This document shows positions 14,901 to 29,000 of a stretch of DNA of 64,000 bases, piece by piece (within the stretch, counting starts at the first letter, position 1; each line of letters opens with the position of its first letter). The notes beneath the pieces were generated by a model. The model was not told where the DNA came from, searched no databases, and saw only the letters and a list, made by a program, of their open reading frames with translations. The position numbers and the translations under genes were made by a program. Origin of the DNA: Rotaria socialis (Eukaryota); contig CAJNYD010000050.1 of the NCBI GenBank assembly GCA_905331295.1, forward strand, positions 62,001 through 126,000, given 5' to 3'.

Positions 14901-15874
14901 TAATGGGATCTAGTAACAGAAATTCATTTTTCTCTATGCTTCTTTGAGTTCTCTAAAACACAGTTTTGTTTCTGATGTTTTTTCTATTGATAAAAGCCAT
15001 TCCGAATATAAATTTGATTGAATTTTCCAAATTTATTCCAGAAAATCATGCACAAACTTTCTTCTATGTATAAATACTCTAGCTACGCTGGGTTCAGTAC
15101 TAGTCACTGAACCTCTTGATAGAGCTACATGTCTCGTTGTAGTTCGGATGATATTATAACTTTATCCTAAACGTGAGCACAGTATTTGAAGAGCGCTCTT
15201 CCATAAAAGGAGAAAAATTTAATGGATAAACATCTGCTCACTAATATTTGACAGCATTTTAACTTAAGTAAAACTGACCTGTGCTGGTGATTGAAGCTGT
15301 CGAATTGACTGGTGGACATTGTAGAGTAGAAGCCATTTCAATTGGGTAACAAACGGAGCCGTTGCACTGAGTGTTATTAACACATATAGTGTTGGGCGCC
15401 AAACATGTGTTATTATCACTTGAACATAGAACTAAACGATTGCATTGAATACTTGTGTCAGCACATAGTCCTTTTCCATTAATTGTCATTAACAGGCATT
15501 CACACGCTGAATTTGAGGAGCATGATTTTACTCTTGGTTGACCGTTTGGTAATGGGCAGCATCCACAATTAGAAGATTGCGCATTAACACTGCATTGTCC
15601 TACAACGAAATTCATTCAATATAGTACGAATTCAATTGAGAAACAATTTTTAGAGATGAAATTTTCAAAGCATTAATAAGAAAGTAAATAATTTGAGGTA
15701 CATGAGACCATATTGAGTTTTCTTCTGGGTGATCTGATAAAATTAGTTCTTTTTCGTACCTGTAAGGATGTAGATAAAATATCTAAACGTAGAAATTATC
15801 ACAGTATCGATTCATCCTGATAGAATAACTTACAATGTTGTCCCTAGATGAATAAGAAATTTTTGTTTCATCAT
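11986..15874 (-). CDS. Secreted mosaic protein, ~568 aa: signal peptide + Cys-rich domain + Thr-rich mucin-like stalk + 7 Kelch repeats; exons 15874-15834, 15782-15760, 15599-15279, 14292-13972, 12986-11986
   Basis: Spliced N-terminus MMKQKFLIHLGTTLYFIYILTGQCSVNAQSSNCGCC; GT-AG junctions join three separate ORF-track ORFs with consistent phase (last three introns phase 1); total 1707 nt. Kelch repeats R..HTAS.L.NGKVLV.GG...SAELYDPSTG.W. Confidence 0.85.
13985..14280 (-). repeat. Coding minisatellite encoding Thr/Ser/Arg-rich stalk
   Basis: Recurrent gtcgatgtggtcctcgttgt units encoding TTRTTST. Confidence 0.85.
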
Positions 15875-17273
15875 TACTGGAGAAATGTCACTTGATTGAG
15901 ACAGGTTCTGCTTTTATTGGCGTAGAATTCCCTTTCAATGTATGTGCTGATAACAAATAAAAAAAAGGTTAGCGACAGCCGTCATCATGTTTACTTGCAA
16001 AGATGCACCCATTCGAATCATAATTATTTGATGACGAAGTAGTATATGATGTTAGTTCCTCGTAAAGTATGTTTTGCTTTTTTGTTAAAGGTTGATTATA
16101 CATTTTAGAGAAATGAAAAGGTTTAATGGTGAAACTGATTCTTAAACTCTTTTATAATATTGTGATGCTCACAGCGTCTCAAGAAAAATATTGATATAAG
16201 GCTGGTGATCCTTGATTTTCTTTGAAGCTTTATTGAAAATGACGTGTTTACCTCATGCAAGCTTGAGCAACCTGAAAGGAATGTATTTGTATGAATGAAA
16301 TCATTGAAAAAAATATGAGCATTCGATGGGAGCTAATTGAGGGTGTAAGATAGACATCAATTCTGCTATGCAGGTAATCGGACGGTAAACACAATAAAAA
16401 CAACCGAATTCGTTGTTTACTTCACTGAAGAAAACAACACGGGTAAAATTATAGTTTTTCATATTTATTCACAGTTAGAAATCACTTTTAATTACTATTT
16501 GGTTTCTCAAATTAACATATGAGACTTCCAATCTATAGAAGACATCGTATAGACGCGAAAATATAGTTCTTTCGGATTTATTCTCAGAGTAGTAATTACA
16601 TATCAACAATTCATTAGAATATTATTATATTAATAAAATCATATATGAAAAATTGCTTCTATCTATATATGTAGCTTGTTACTGTGGAAAAAATATAAAA
16701 ACTGTGGAATCTCGGTTAGTTTCATCTTTGAGCTCTGAATAAGATTCAATGAAATTTAAAAAGAAAACTCTACGTGAACCCGTGCTGATCTTGCCTGAAT
16801 GAAAATCTAAATATAAGAGTTAAAATTTGAATATCATACATATTGATTTGATACTAATGAAGTGGCTGACATTCAGTTAAAATAATATAATATCTCTGTA
16901 ACGAGTGTCTAAATTCTATTGTGGTCACATGCTTTCATAATTGGAAAATTTTGATTCCAGAGATTATTTCTTATGAGAAGTGTAAATAAAATAAAATAGA
17001 TTATAGGAAAGAAATCTTTTTTCTGAATTAGATGTTTTAACTTTTACATTTATCTATAATATCATATGAATACAGATTAATCATAACGATATGGTTATTT
17101 TAAATTTTCACGAAACACAACGTGCATAAGTAGATTGAATGTGTATAAAAGACAGAAGAAAAAAACAAAAACAAAACAAAACAAAGAAAATGATTATTGT
17201 GCGTAGAATGGATCATCATCTATCTGACATCCTAAATGCATGTATTGATATACATGTAACAAAGTAACTGACA

Positions 17274-20200
17274 TTAAATGAAACGAGCTAGCTGCTCATA
17301 AAATTCTATTAACATATGAACAAGTGAAGTCATTGACGGACGTTGATCAATTGAAATTATCCAACATGCACTCATTAATTTGAATCTGTAAACAGACGAA
17401 AAGAGATCATCATTATCATCATCATAAGACTTAGTTTGCACAAGAATATCTTACAAAGAATCAGGACAGCTCATTGGTTGTACGAGACGATGATTATTTT
17501 GTAAATTTGTTGCTAAACTACATGATTCAATATCGGCAAAGGGTTGTGCTCCGCGACTCATCAATTCCCAAAGAAGTACACCATATGACCACTAGTAAAA
17601 AAAGCAACTATTAAGATTGATTGATTGAAAAACACGAAACTTACGACGTCTGAAGCTGTTGAATAACGTCGATCAGTAATTGATTCGATGGCCATAAATT
17701 TAAGTGGACGCTTTTCATTCGGAGGATCCATTGGAAGACAATCATAATCTTGTGGGAAAAGATCACGTGACAAAGCATAATCCGTTAATTTCACCGTTAA
17801 ATCGTCCATTACTCTATAGAATTCAATCAAAATAAATCAAAATCAAAATAATTCCAGTAAAGCTAAGATTTTGCCTATGATTGTCTTCAAATGTACATCG
17901 TTAACAAATAGAAATGATTATTGTATCTATTGCATTCAATGTTTCAAATGACTTAATACTAGCAAACTGCAAATTAGTAATTATAAACTTTGACTTAACC
18001 GGTCGATATTTTTATAGAATAAAACAAACTAATAGCTTGAACTTTGTCTATGTCCTTATCTATGAGTAGATGTTTCTTCTTACTAAATAGCGTTGTTAAA
18101 TTACTTTGAGGGTAAGCTAGAATATTTTCTTGTATAGCTGATATAAGTAAAGTAGAATTATTATCTTTTTCAAACAATAAAAATTCAAGTACTAAAAACC
18201 CACTGAATATATATATATATATATATATTACTATTCATTCATATTAATAGTTAAAGATAAATTTTTATTTTGACATTTTACTCTTTGTGATAATAAAGGC
18301 TGATATCAATTGACTTGATAAACTGTATTGAAAACAAATATATATATATATATATGTAAAGAGATTGAAACTATAGAAGAATAAACGTAGTGATATTTTT
18401 CTTTCGATACTCTAAGTTTGAAATTACAATATCATAATTCAGTTAATATTTTTCGAAAGTTGATAGGAATGAAAAGGAGAAAAAAACAAGTCTCAGTACA
18501 CAAACATGTAGGTTGCCCTACGCAAACAAAAAGAAAAGATAACGTTTTTTTAACAAGACAAGGATAAAATCATCATTTCATTAGACGTGCTCTTCTTTAA
18601 ACAATGTTTTGCTGTTTTCAATGGCCGAAAACGGCGGAGATCAATACGTAGGCGTCTTAAAATTCTACACACCATACGTGGTGTTTTCGTTTGGTCGTTT
18701 TATTCATTTATTCCTATTATTAATTTTAGTCAAAATGACGAAAAACAACCAATTTTAAGGAGTGGCACCGCCACTATAAACTATCAAACAATATTCAGAA
18801 TTCCCTATGCTCATGTGCTTCGGGATGATAAAATTGCAATTGAATCGTCTAATATAGTCGATGCAAATACTAGTAATACTTATTGGCTTTTCAACGACGT
18901 GATACCCGATCCAGCATATGAAAAAGGTACGTATCACACATGTATGTGTATACAACTCATGCTATTCTTACAATATTTTGATTCTATCTTTCTTTAAAAA
19001 CAATACAGCATGTTTCGCATTCGACGATGTTAATGTTTCAACTCCTGTTGTTATCGCAACAAAAACTACGAATGGACATTTTCTCTTTGAACGTCTATTT
19101 CAAATTAATCATGTCAACGCTGTTAATCCTTCTGGTGCAATTCGAATGCGTCCAACTAATCATACAAAAGCAATGCCATCCAATACTGTTTCTATGGCTC
19201 GACCATTTGATGAATTTCTTGTAGATGCATCAGAATCAAATTCTTCTCTTGATGTAAAAAGTAATGGTGCAAGAACAAAATCGGACAAAGACTAACGAAA
19301 ACAATACTTACAGGCAATTTCTTGTACCTATATCTTTCATTAAAATTTTACGTCTATGTAGAAAATGTAAGCCCTTGGCTATGTGTATGGCCATATAAAC
19401 AAGCTCTTGTGTGGATAACAACTGAAACGAAAAGAAGAACGATAGAAAGTTTAGTTTTGTTTTTCGAAATACTCACTTGTTCTCGAGCACTAGTTCGGTT
19501 TTGAATAATAAATCGTTTTAGAATACCTTTATTGCTGTACGGATATACAATTAATGGATATGGTGATAATTCATTCTTGTAGACAATGCCCAAAGGACTA
19601 TTTAAAGTCGAATGTTTTAATGTAGCAAATAAGCAACAGTCATGTAACATTTGATTGAGTTGTATTGGTGTTACAGATGAATTGACAGTTTTTCCATAGA
19701 TATTTTGTGTTGAATTATTAGTTGATGGATCACTCAAAGAACAATGAAATAAGCGGCCAAATTTACCTATTGAAAAAAAAACACTTATAGTTCATATCTA
19801 TTTCAGAGACTGTTTTTGTGTGCTTTCGAATTAATTTAAATGATAAGGTAAAATCGATTTCGAATCATATAGACACGACTATTTTTGTCTGTACATTAAA
19901 CTAAAGAGCAAATAGAACGTGAGAGAGACAATAAGTTTACAATCATTGTTTATGCGTTCTGTATATAAATTTATCTCATTTACAGAAATGAATATAGACG
20001 TGTCATTTTATTGACTCTTGAATTGAAAACCAAAGCAGATCAGCATATTCTTTTTTAGTAATATATTTACATATGTAACTATTGTTTTTTTAACCGGTAT
20101 GAGGGATTGAGGATGTTTTTATTTTGCGATAGATTATTCATCTTTTAACACAGATGGAAAATGCGGATCTGGATATCAAAAAATTGCTTTTGTAATAATT

Positions 20201-22643
20201 CTTCTCTCTTTTTTTATATGAAATTAGATAAAAAAATGATCTGATATTAAGTTTTGTTCAGATTAATAATCGAATAAGTTTGAAACGACACACAAATCAT
20301 GTTAAGCTTACATGCGATAGTTGTGTTTCTTAATGAAAATAGCCGGTAAAGATGAATATAGCAAACGAAGAAAATGAAGCGATACAAAATTAGTCACTGT
20401 ATATCTTTTTAAGTGCAGAAAAAGTAGTAAGTATGATATGTGCATTATTAAAATGTGATACGCGATATTGACATGGTGAGATCATTTTATTCTATTTATT
20501 TTCAACTAGATTTCTTCGTTATCCTATTATTTAATCCTTTATAAATACACTAAGAAATTTATTTGTAATCAGATGCTTCGGGCACACGTCAATGATGAGC
20601 CGGTTCTTGTATAACTTTCAGTGTGTAATTAGGAAAGAGAATTCATGTTTCTACTCTTATAATTCAACGATTTTTTTTTAGATAGTCTTTCACAAAATAG
20701 CTAATTTTGTACGTTTCAGTTATCAGTCACGATTTTTCTTATACATACAAACTAGGTTCATATCCCTATTATTTAAAAATATAGCGAATAAAATCAAATC
20801 CAATGAGAATAGCTACGAAAAGCTGCTTACATATTTGTATTAATAACTAGAATTTTAGCTGAAAAATGGTCTGATTCTATACTGTTTCCTAGATAAAAAA
20901 AAATTCGTTTTCCAATAGATTATCGTCGATAAAATGTCCAATATAAGCGTTCACAAAAAAAAAGCTATACCTTCCATAATAATCTCATGTAGTGTAACAC
21001 GATTTTGATCAATAGTACAATCAGCAAAAGTTGTTGAAGATAATAGATCATCAGCTGTTTTTGTAAAATCATATTGAGTACATGAATAGAGACTAACATC
21101 TTCAAAAGTTGTCATGTCGAATGATACGGGCAGTTCTGGATGATCTTGATAATTATCAATTGCACTATGAAAAAAAAACTCCATTAAAAATTATCATATT
21201 CCAAATCGTCTAGGAATATTTACTCGTTTGGCATTTTCTTGTTTTCTGTTGTCATTCGGTAAAGACAAAATAAAGTTATAGCCGTACAAAATACAATTAA
21301 GAACACAGCAACTGCAATAATTAATGAATAAGCAAATATAGTTGCGATTGATATTGAAAATAAATCACGACTTCTTGCTGAATAAGAACGAACAATGTTG
21401 AATGAATCAAAAACTTTTTCTTTTGTTTTGAACTTACATTCTTTAATGAGTATATATGAATTGATTTGATCGGAATTATAAAATTGAGCAAGTAAAGAAT
21501 TATTAATTGTTGCGTCTCGACAATATTTTAAAAATTTCAAATTTATAGTCGTAGATATATCATTCGCTGTTGAGTTATAAAATCGAAATATTACCGAAGC
21601 ATTAACTCGATTTGTTGTTAAACAAGGAAAAAATATAGCAAATGCTAGAACAGAACGAAATGTCTTCTTGTGTTTCTAAAATCAATTCTTATCTCACTTG
21701 AAACTTCTCTTGGCACAATGCCCTTTTCATTTATATTTAACACTGGTTGTAATAAAATTTGTTCGTTGCTCGAACTTGTATTGTATTGATAGTATATATG
21801 AGACTTCAAAAATAGAAAATAAAGAAGAAACATGAAAAAACTGGCCATCTCTATTCGTTGTGAATCTTATAAGACAAGATGGGAAGTAAAAAAGTGGGTC
21901 AGCAGTATAAATGAAATAATACTAAATTGAATTCGTATAAAATCAGTATATGAGAAAATCGATTGAGATGAAAATCACTGTTAACTATGTGTTCAATAGT
22001 CAAACGTTTGAATCGTGCAGTATGTATTGATGACTGGCTTCAAAAATTAATTTCACATATCTTTATATCGATACTGATTAGAAGATGTCATTCAATGTAA
22101 TCAGAGTATGATTCAATTAGATCTAGATCCGAGAAGCTAGAACTCATGCTCTTACTTTATTTCCTTTACCATTAACTATATTCAATAAACTGATCATTTT
22201 GCTATTAGAAATTAATAATTCAACTAGTAATCATCTCATCGCATCTATAGACTGTTAGATTAACAACCAAGTTAGATCAAAGAAAAGCTCATAATCAAAC
22301 GAATGACTAATAGATTTGCTTAAGGATTAAATAAAGTGTAAATAGAACATACTGTATCAGTTTTTAAACTATGCGCATTCCAAGTGAATTCAACGAAATG
22401 CATATCAGTAGATACTAATAAAGGAGTTTCCAGCGCTGTCTGTCGAATTTGATTTTCATCGATAAAATGTAATTGATATCCTTTTAATTCTAAATATTAC
22501 AAAAACAAAGGCCTCAATATGAAGAATGAAAAGAAATTTTATTTAAAACTACCAAATAATTGTTCGACAGAAATTGAATCAAGATATAAATTAAATTGAG
22601 CATTACTTAAATTAATTAACAATATGATTAGGCACACATTCAT
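17274..22643 (-). CDS. RYK: RYK/Derailed-type Wnt receptor (signal peptide, WIF domain, TM, tyrosine pseudokinase), multi-exon
   Basis: MNVCLIILLINLSNAQFNLYL..., WIF motifs FTWNA / PVLNINEKGIVP / FPCL; TM helix ~21260-21350; kinase EGKFGRLF, IYGKTV, LSTQELVYMAIHIAKGLHFLH, KLTDYALSRDLFPQDY, C-terminal LARFI. Confidence 0.9.
18604..19295 (+). CDS. Uncharacterised ~175-aa protein nested antisense in a RYK intron; exons 18604-18647, 18730-18926, 19009-19295
   Basis: Three in-phase GT-AG exons: MFCCFQWPKTAEINTQNDEKQPIL...YWLFNDVIPDPAYEKACFAFDDVNVSTPVVI...ARTKSDKD*; A/T-ending codons like host genes. First exon is least certain. Confidence 0.6.
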
Positions 22644-23027
22644 TTTGTTCATAAATGACTCGAATGCTTATCAGCTAAACCTCAGATGAACAATTTATTT
22701 TCTCTTTCTATTGGTTATATACTATAGAGAGCGTTGCACGTATTCTGACGTAGGATTGGTTAAAGATTTAGTAAAACAAAGACCATCATCTCAATCGTTG
22801 GATGGATGGACGGATGGATGCATGTATTTATGAAGTACAAAATAAATAAATATTCCAATTATGAAACTGCTTAGTTGAGATGGAGTGTGTCATAAAATCA
22901 ATGTTTCCTGCAATAACACGTACATTGATATGAGTTTTTTTTTCTATACGGTTCTTCTTTTAGATGTATATTATTGAATAATAAAACTCTGACAGCAACC
23001 AAGCAGAATTTCAACTTCTAACGCATA

Positions 23028-26000
23028 ATGGGTGTACCAAAATTCTATCGATGGATATCAGAACGATATCCAAACATTAGTCAATTGATTAATGATAATC
23101 AGGTAGTCTGAGATTTTGTTCGATTTCAAATGTTGACTTTGTTTTTCTGATAGATACCTGATTTTGATAATTTCTATTTGGATATGAATGGAATCATTCA
23201 TGCATGTTCACATATAAATGAAGACAATTGTGAGGTTAATGTGAGTGAAGAAGAAATATTTCGAAATATTTTTCATTATATTGATGTAAGTGTTCTGTTG
23301 ATGATCACGAAAAAAATCGGTCAATTTTCATAATTTGCAGTTCTTATTTCGAATGATAAGACCAAAAAAAGTCTTTTTTATGGCCGTTGATGGTGTTGCG
23401 CCACGAGCCAAAATGAATCAACAACGTGCAAGACGATTTCGTGCTGGTAAAGATCGTATGAAAAAACTTGAACATATAGCAAGAGAATCTGGTCGAACAT
23501 TAAATGAAGTAGTCGCGAAACATTTCGATACAAATTCTATTACACCTGGTATATTAAAGAAAATATTTGATTGCTCATAATCAGATTTCTATTTATCAAT
23601 TTTTTTAAGGGACACAATTTATGGCTCAACTGAATGAGCAATTAAAATATTTTGTACATGTAAAAATTACTACAGATCCACTATGGGAAAATGTAGATAT
23701 TCATCTGTCCGGTCATTTAGTAGGCGTTTTTCAATAGACCTTGATTTTAGTTTATTTTATTTGAATCAGACACCCGGCGAAGGTGAACATAAAATTATGG
23801 ACTATATTCGATACACCCGTTCTCAACCTGGATACGATATCAATACAAGGCATTGTTTATATGGTCTTGATGCTGATTTAGTAAGTAAATATATTTAATT
23901 ATTTGTTGATTAGATGTAATGAATGATTACATTTCATAATACAGAACTATATTCATAATTGTTAGAACAAAATATTTTTGAGTCGTGTCGAAATTTTAAC
24001 TTGAACCCAAATAGTAATCGCAGCAGCCTAGAAAATTTCAAAATCAATACTCTAAAAGCTGCATGTAATATTATTGGGAAGTAAATCTATTTGTTATTAT
24101 TGTACTGATTGATATAAGTTATCATCATGCTCCTATGTGCTCAATGTTAAAAACAAACTAATGATCTATGTATCTTAAAAATAATTATATGTTTGGTCTA
24201 TTGTTTAGATTATGCTTGGTTTAGTCACACATGAAATGCATTTTGCACTTTTACGTGAAGCAGTCAAGTTTGGTTCGAAGAAAGTATCAAAAATGTAAGA
24301 ACGTTTTTCTTTTCAATAAAATATTTTCTTTCATTAATGCCTATTCGGTCTTGACTAGTCCTGCACCTGAAGAAATTAATTGGCAAATACTTCATACATG
24401 TTTAGTACGTGATTATATCGATCTTGAATTTCGTTCTATAAGAGTAAATTAGATTAATTTCTATTTTTGATTTCTATTAATAAATTGATTTTCATTTTAA
24501 GAACAAAATAAAATTTCCATATGATCTTGAAAGAATCATTGACGATTGGATACTCATGGGTTTTCTTGTTGGAAATGATTTTATTCCACATTTACCTCAT
24601 TTTCATATTAACGAAGAAGCTCTATCGATTCTATGGGATACATATAAAAGTGTTTTGCCAATTCTTGACGGTTGGTTAGAGTTTACAGCGATAAATATAT
24701 GAATTGATATGTTTTATTTTAAAGGTTATATGAATGAATCTGGTGAATTGAATTTGACACGTTTCGAAATATATATAACCGAATTAGCTAAATTCGAACA
24801 TCAACGATATGCGGATGAAAATGATTCATTTAGACATCTGGATAAATTTACTGAACGTAATCAAAATTCATCAACAACGAGATCGGAATTTGATAAAAAT
24901 AAAGATGATGATAATAATGATGATGATGATTTTGGTTTTGGAGTATTAGACAAATTAAAGGCTACAAAACCACCAGCACCGGAAATTCAAGAATCGAAAA
25001 AAGATAATCCTGGTCAAGCTACTACGGATGAACCAAAATCAGCTGATTCGGTCTCATCACCCTTATCGTCAGATGACAACGATATTTTATCGGATTCTGA
25101 TACAACTAGCGAGACATCGAACGATAATGAGAAAAAATCTTCTTCGACAGTACCTAAAAATACCATTGAAGATGAAATTGATAAGTTGCCATTAATCGAA
25201 GCTGAATTTCGTCAACATAAAAATCATTATTATCGAGATAAAATGGAAATTAATTTAACATCATTGAGTCAACTTCAAATATATGTGGAACAATACATTG
25301 AAGCATTACAATGGATATTGAAATATTATTACCAGGGCTGTCCATCATGGTCATGGTTTTATCCACATCATTATGCACCATATTTATCTGATTTAAAAAA
25401 TTTCAAAGATATGAAAATTTCTTTAGAAAGAGGAACACCATTTAAACCATATGAACAACTTTTAAGTATGCCATTTTTATTTCAATAGTTAGATTTTATT
25501 TTATTGGTCGTCAGTAGGAGTGCACTTCTATCAGATAAATCAATATTAAGCGAAATAGAACGAAGAATTCATACTGTTTTTGATTACGCAACGTAAATCA
25601 CTTGACGAAACTCTATTCTACATGTTTTACTTATTTTATCACTTGACGGAAAATCTGAAAAAGTATAGTTTATAATAGAGTTCTTATAGATTTCTCTAAC
25701 TGAGTTTTGTATTCAATTATTTGCAGAGAATTGTGTTTTAAACAAAAGAAGCTGTTTTTGACTTTTGTTAGATGAATATCCTTCTTAAATGCAATAGTAT
25801 AGAGTTGAAATTTCACTGAAACATTTCAAATAGGTCTTGAAAATTTGAATTCATCTTATCGAAAAATCACTGCTGGATAGTATAAATGTCTACACTAAAT
25901 AAACCACAGGACTCAGGAATTTGAATTCATCATTATAGCATGAGATAAATACTAAATTCCTTTTGAAATGGTAGTTTTATTATGAAAAATAGTTTACATT

Positions 26001-29000
26001 GTGAAACATCATCAATCAATTAACTTTAAAAATAAATTTCCATTTTTTTATGAAGAATTTATTACACAAAAATATACCCAAAAATGTGTATTTTCATTGT
26101 GATCATATTTATACATCTAGTAATAATTCAAATAAAACTAATTTAAGTAGTAAGTTTAATAAATTATAGAAATCGTTCTTTCGTTTAGTTCCGCACTCTT
26201 TACCGGAATTGAATTACACGATGAGTTTCTTAGGATTAGCACTTGACCAACAAAGTTCTATTTCAATATTGATGTTCATTATTTCGTACATTCTGTTCAG
26301 AATCTGTCGAAGAGTATAAAAGTCGAAATTATTCTCTATCAATTTAAATAAAACCACATAGATTTAGAGATGTGTGGGGTAGGGTCAGGGCATGTATTTG
26401 GTAGAGTAGAGTACAATATGGTGGGAGTAAAATCCTATAAATTAAAGTTCAGTCAGAAAAAGAAAGAAATCATGAAATTTAAAGTAGACGTATTTGCAGC
26501 TGAGTCGTTAAGAAGGTGACTAACTTCGAGCGGCATATCCCAACCAATATTCATGTGTAGTAGAATGAACAAACCAACCGTAATTCAATCACAAAAACAC
26601 ATTGATATATTGTACTTATATAGTAATGATATAAATTCGACCGTCGATGAAAACAATCGATTGTATTACTTTTTTCAATTATTGTACTGGAATAACATGA
26701 ATAGACTGTAAAGTAAAAACTTCCTATAGTACAGGGATGGCTGATTCTGGTAGGTTCTATCGAGTGAGGAAAAATAAGAATAACAAGGCATAAAGGTATT
26801 ATACTGTAAAAGTTACAGTGTAGAGTAGGGTAAACAAATCTAAAGATTTTGCATTGTAGGGTAAAGGTAAAGAATTGTAGAAATTTTACAGGGTAGGGTA
26901 GGACAAGCGTAAACAAAAATTCTTTTGTCAGGGTACAGGGTAAGAGAAAGGCTTGCCCTGCACATGTCTACTATAGACTAGTAGTCATTAAATTACAAGA
27001 CAACCGAGTGTATGTTGTACATATGGAATCAACGAATTACGAAAGTCTCATCGATTCTTCTAAAATAACTCTCATCGTCAATAAACACCTTTTAGATAAC
27101 TGATCATTAGAGTGTAACGTTCGAGAACAATATGATCTGTACTGAGAACATTCTATTTGACTCGAGAATGAATCCGAATTCTATGTCAACGCCTTTAAAA
27201 CGTTTACTGACTTATAAATCTTAAATAGTGTGCTGTCCATAGATTTGAAGAAACGCATATTATTCTAATTGTAAACAAAGTTTCAATGAGTTATATTTAT
27301 CCTTCTTAATCAATCAATAGACGAAGGCATATTTTATGTAAAAACTGATGATGTATCAATTATTCCACGATCTCAAAATTTAATTGTATTTTCAGGCGTT
27401 CTTCCACCAACAAGCTGTTCTCTTTTGCCAGCTATATTACAACCATTAATGACCGATCGTGAAAGTCCACTGTTAAAATTTTATCCTGAAGATTTTAAAT
27501 TGGATCAAAACGAAAAGAAAAGAGATTGGGAATCTATTGTGCTTCTTCCATTTATTAATGAAGAACTTCTTCTAAATACAATAACAAAATATTATAATCA
27601 ACTAAATCCAAATGAAAAACTGCTTAATCAACATTTACCATCGTTGTGCTTTATAACAACATCAAAATTGAATCCAATTGAAAATTCTTTAGAACATAAT
27701 CCATATTTTCCACCATTAAAAGAAACTCGAGCAACATTCAGAGAATATCCAATTGATTTCTATCGATCAGATAATCTTAATATTAAATATGGTCGTTTTG
27801 AAGATAAAGATATGATTATTTTTCCTAGATTTCCTGTTTTAAATGTTTTACCATATCAATACGATTATAAACATAGTGCTATCAGTGTATTTGACACACG
27901 TTCGAAAGGTTCAACACTTGTTTTAAATTTAACACATCAATCTGATTCTGATTGTATAAAATATAATGACGAGTGGAATCCAAAAGATGAAAATACTTTA
28001 CCACCTTTTCAAATAACAAATCAACGATTATTAATTGATCGTTACTTAGGTAAGCGTGTGTTTGTCAATTGGCCTCATTTTCAATATGGATTTGTTTGTG
28101 CAATCACTGATTTTCAAAATTTATATACATGGGAAAATCTGCCGGATTTACCAAACTTTTATTTTGATCCAACAAGTAATGACAACAATCAAGATTTTAG
28201 AAATTATACTCAAAAACCAATATATGTCAGTCATCATCCGTTTGAATTATCAATTGATCATCATCAAAAAGTCGTCTATAGAGTAGATCGATTAGATGAA
28301 TATTATACACGAATGGAATATCAAAAAGCACTTCATATTAATCGAGATTATAATAATCGAAAAGGTATTTCTATAGGACCAATACCAATTTTACTTTATG
28401 TATCTCCTATACTTGGTTATCGAACAAAATGTTTCTCGTCATCAGATAAATGTCAAACAATGATGTACTTTTCAAATCAAGCATTAGCTTATCCATTGCA
28501 GACGACACTTTTTAAATTACCCAAATATAAATATGATGGTGATCAATTGCCACAAACATTAAATGATTATTTTAAAATTAATGATCCTATATTTGGTCTT
28601 CGATCACCCTATTATTCATTTTTCGGTCATGTACAACAGATAGATAAAGATAATCAAGGAAAATATATGATTTCATGTCAAATGAAATTATCTAATAAAA
28701 GTGATCATCCCGATCTGCATCAATTCGAAAATAAACTTAACTCACTTCGATTACAATATTATACAGCACAAGATATCGCCGCTCAATTAAAAACCGCACC
28801 TTGTGTTATTTCAAAAATAACTGGCAAAGTTAATGTTATGGCTCAGAATCAACGTCGAAGAGCGAATCCAACTAATGTTGGGCTTTCCTGGAAACATAAC
28901 AAACCTGTTAAAGAGGTGGATCACAATTCAATTCTTATTTTTACATCATACGCATGAAAAAAATAGCATCCTTTTTTTTGATTATTCTTTACTGAAAAAT

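Noticed and set aside
19160..19292. Minus-strand SLSDFVLAPLLF..RAIETV as an alternative RYK kinase exon
   Set aside because: Would need an ~19-nt intron, is out of phase and ends in a stop; better explained as antisense of the nested gene.
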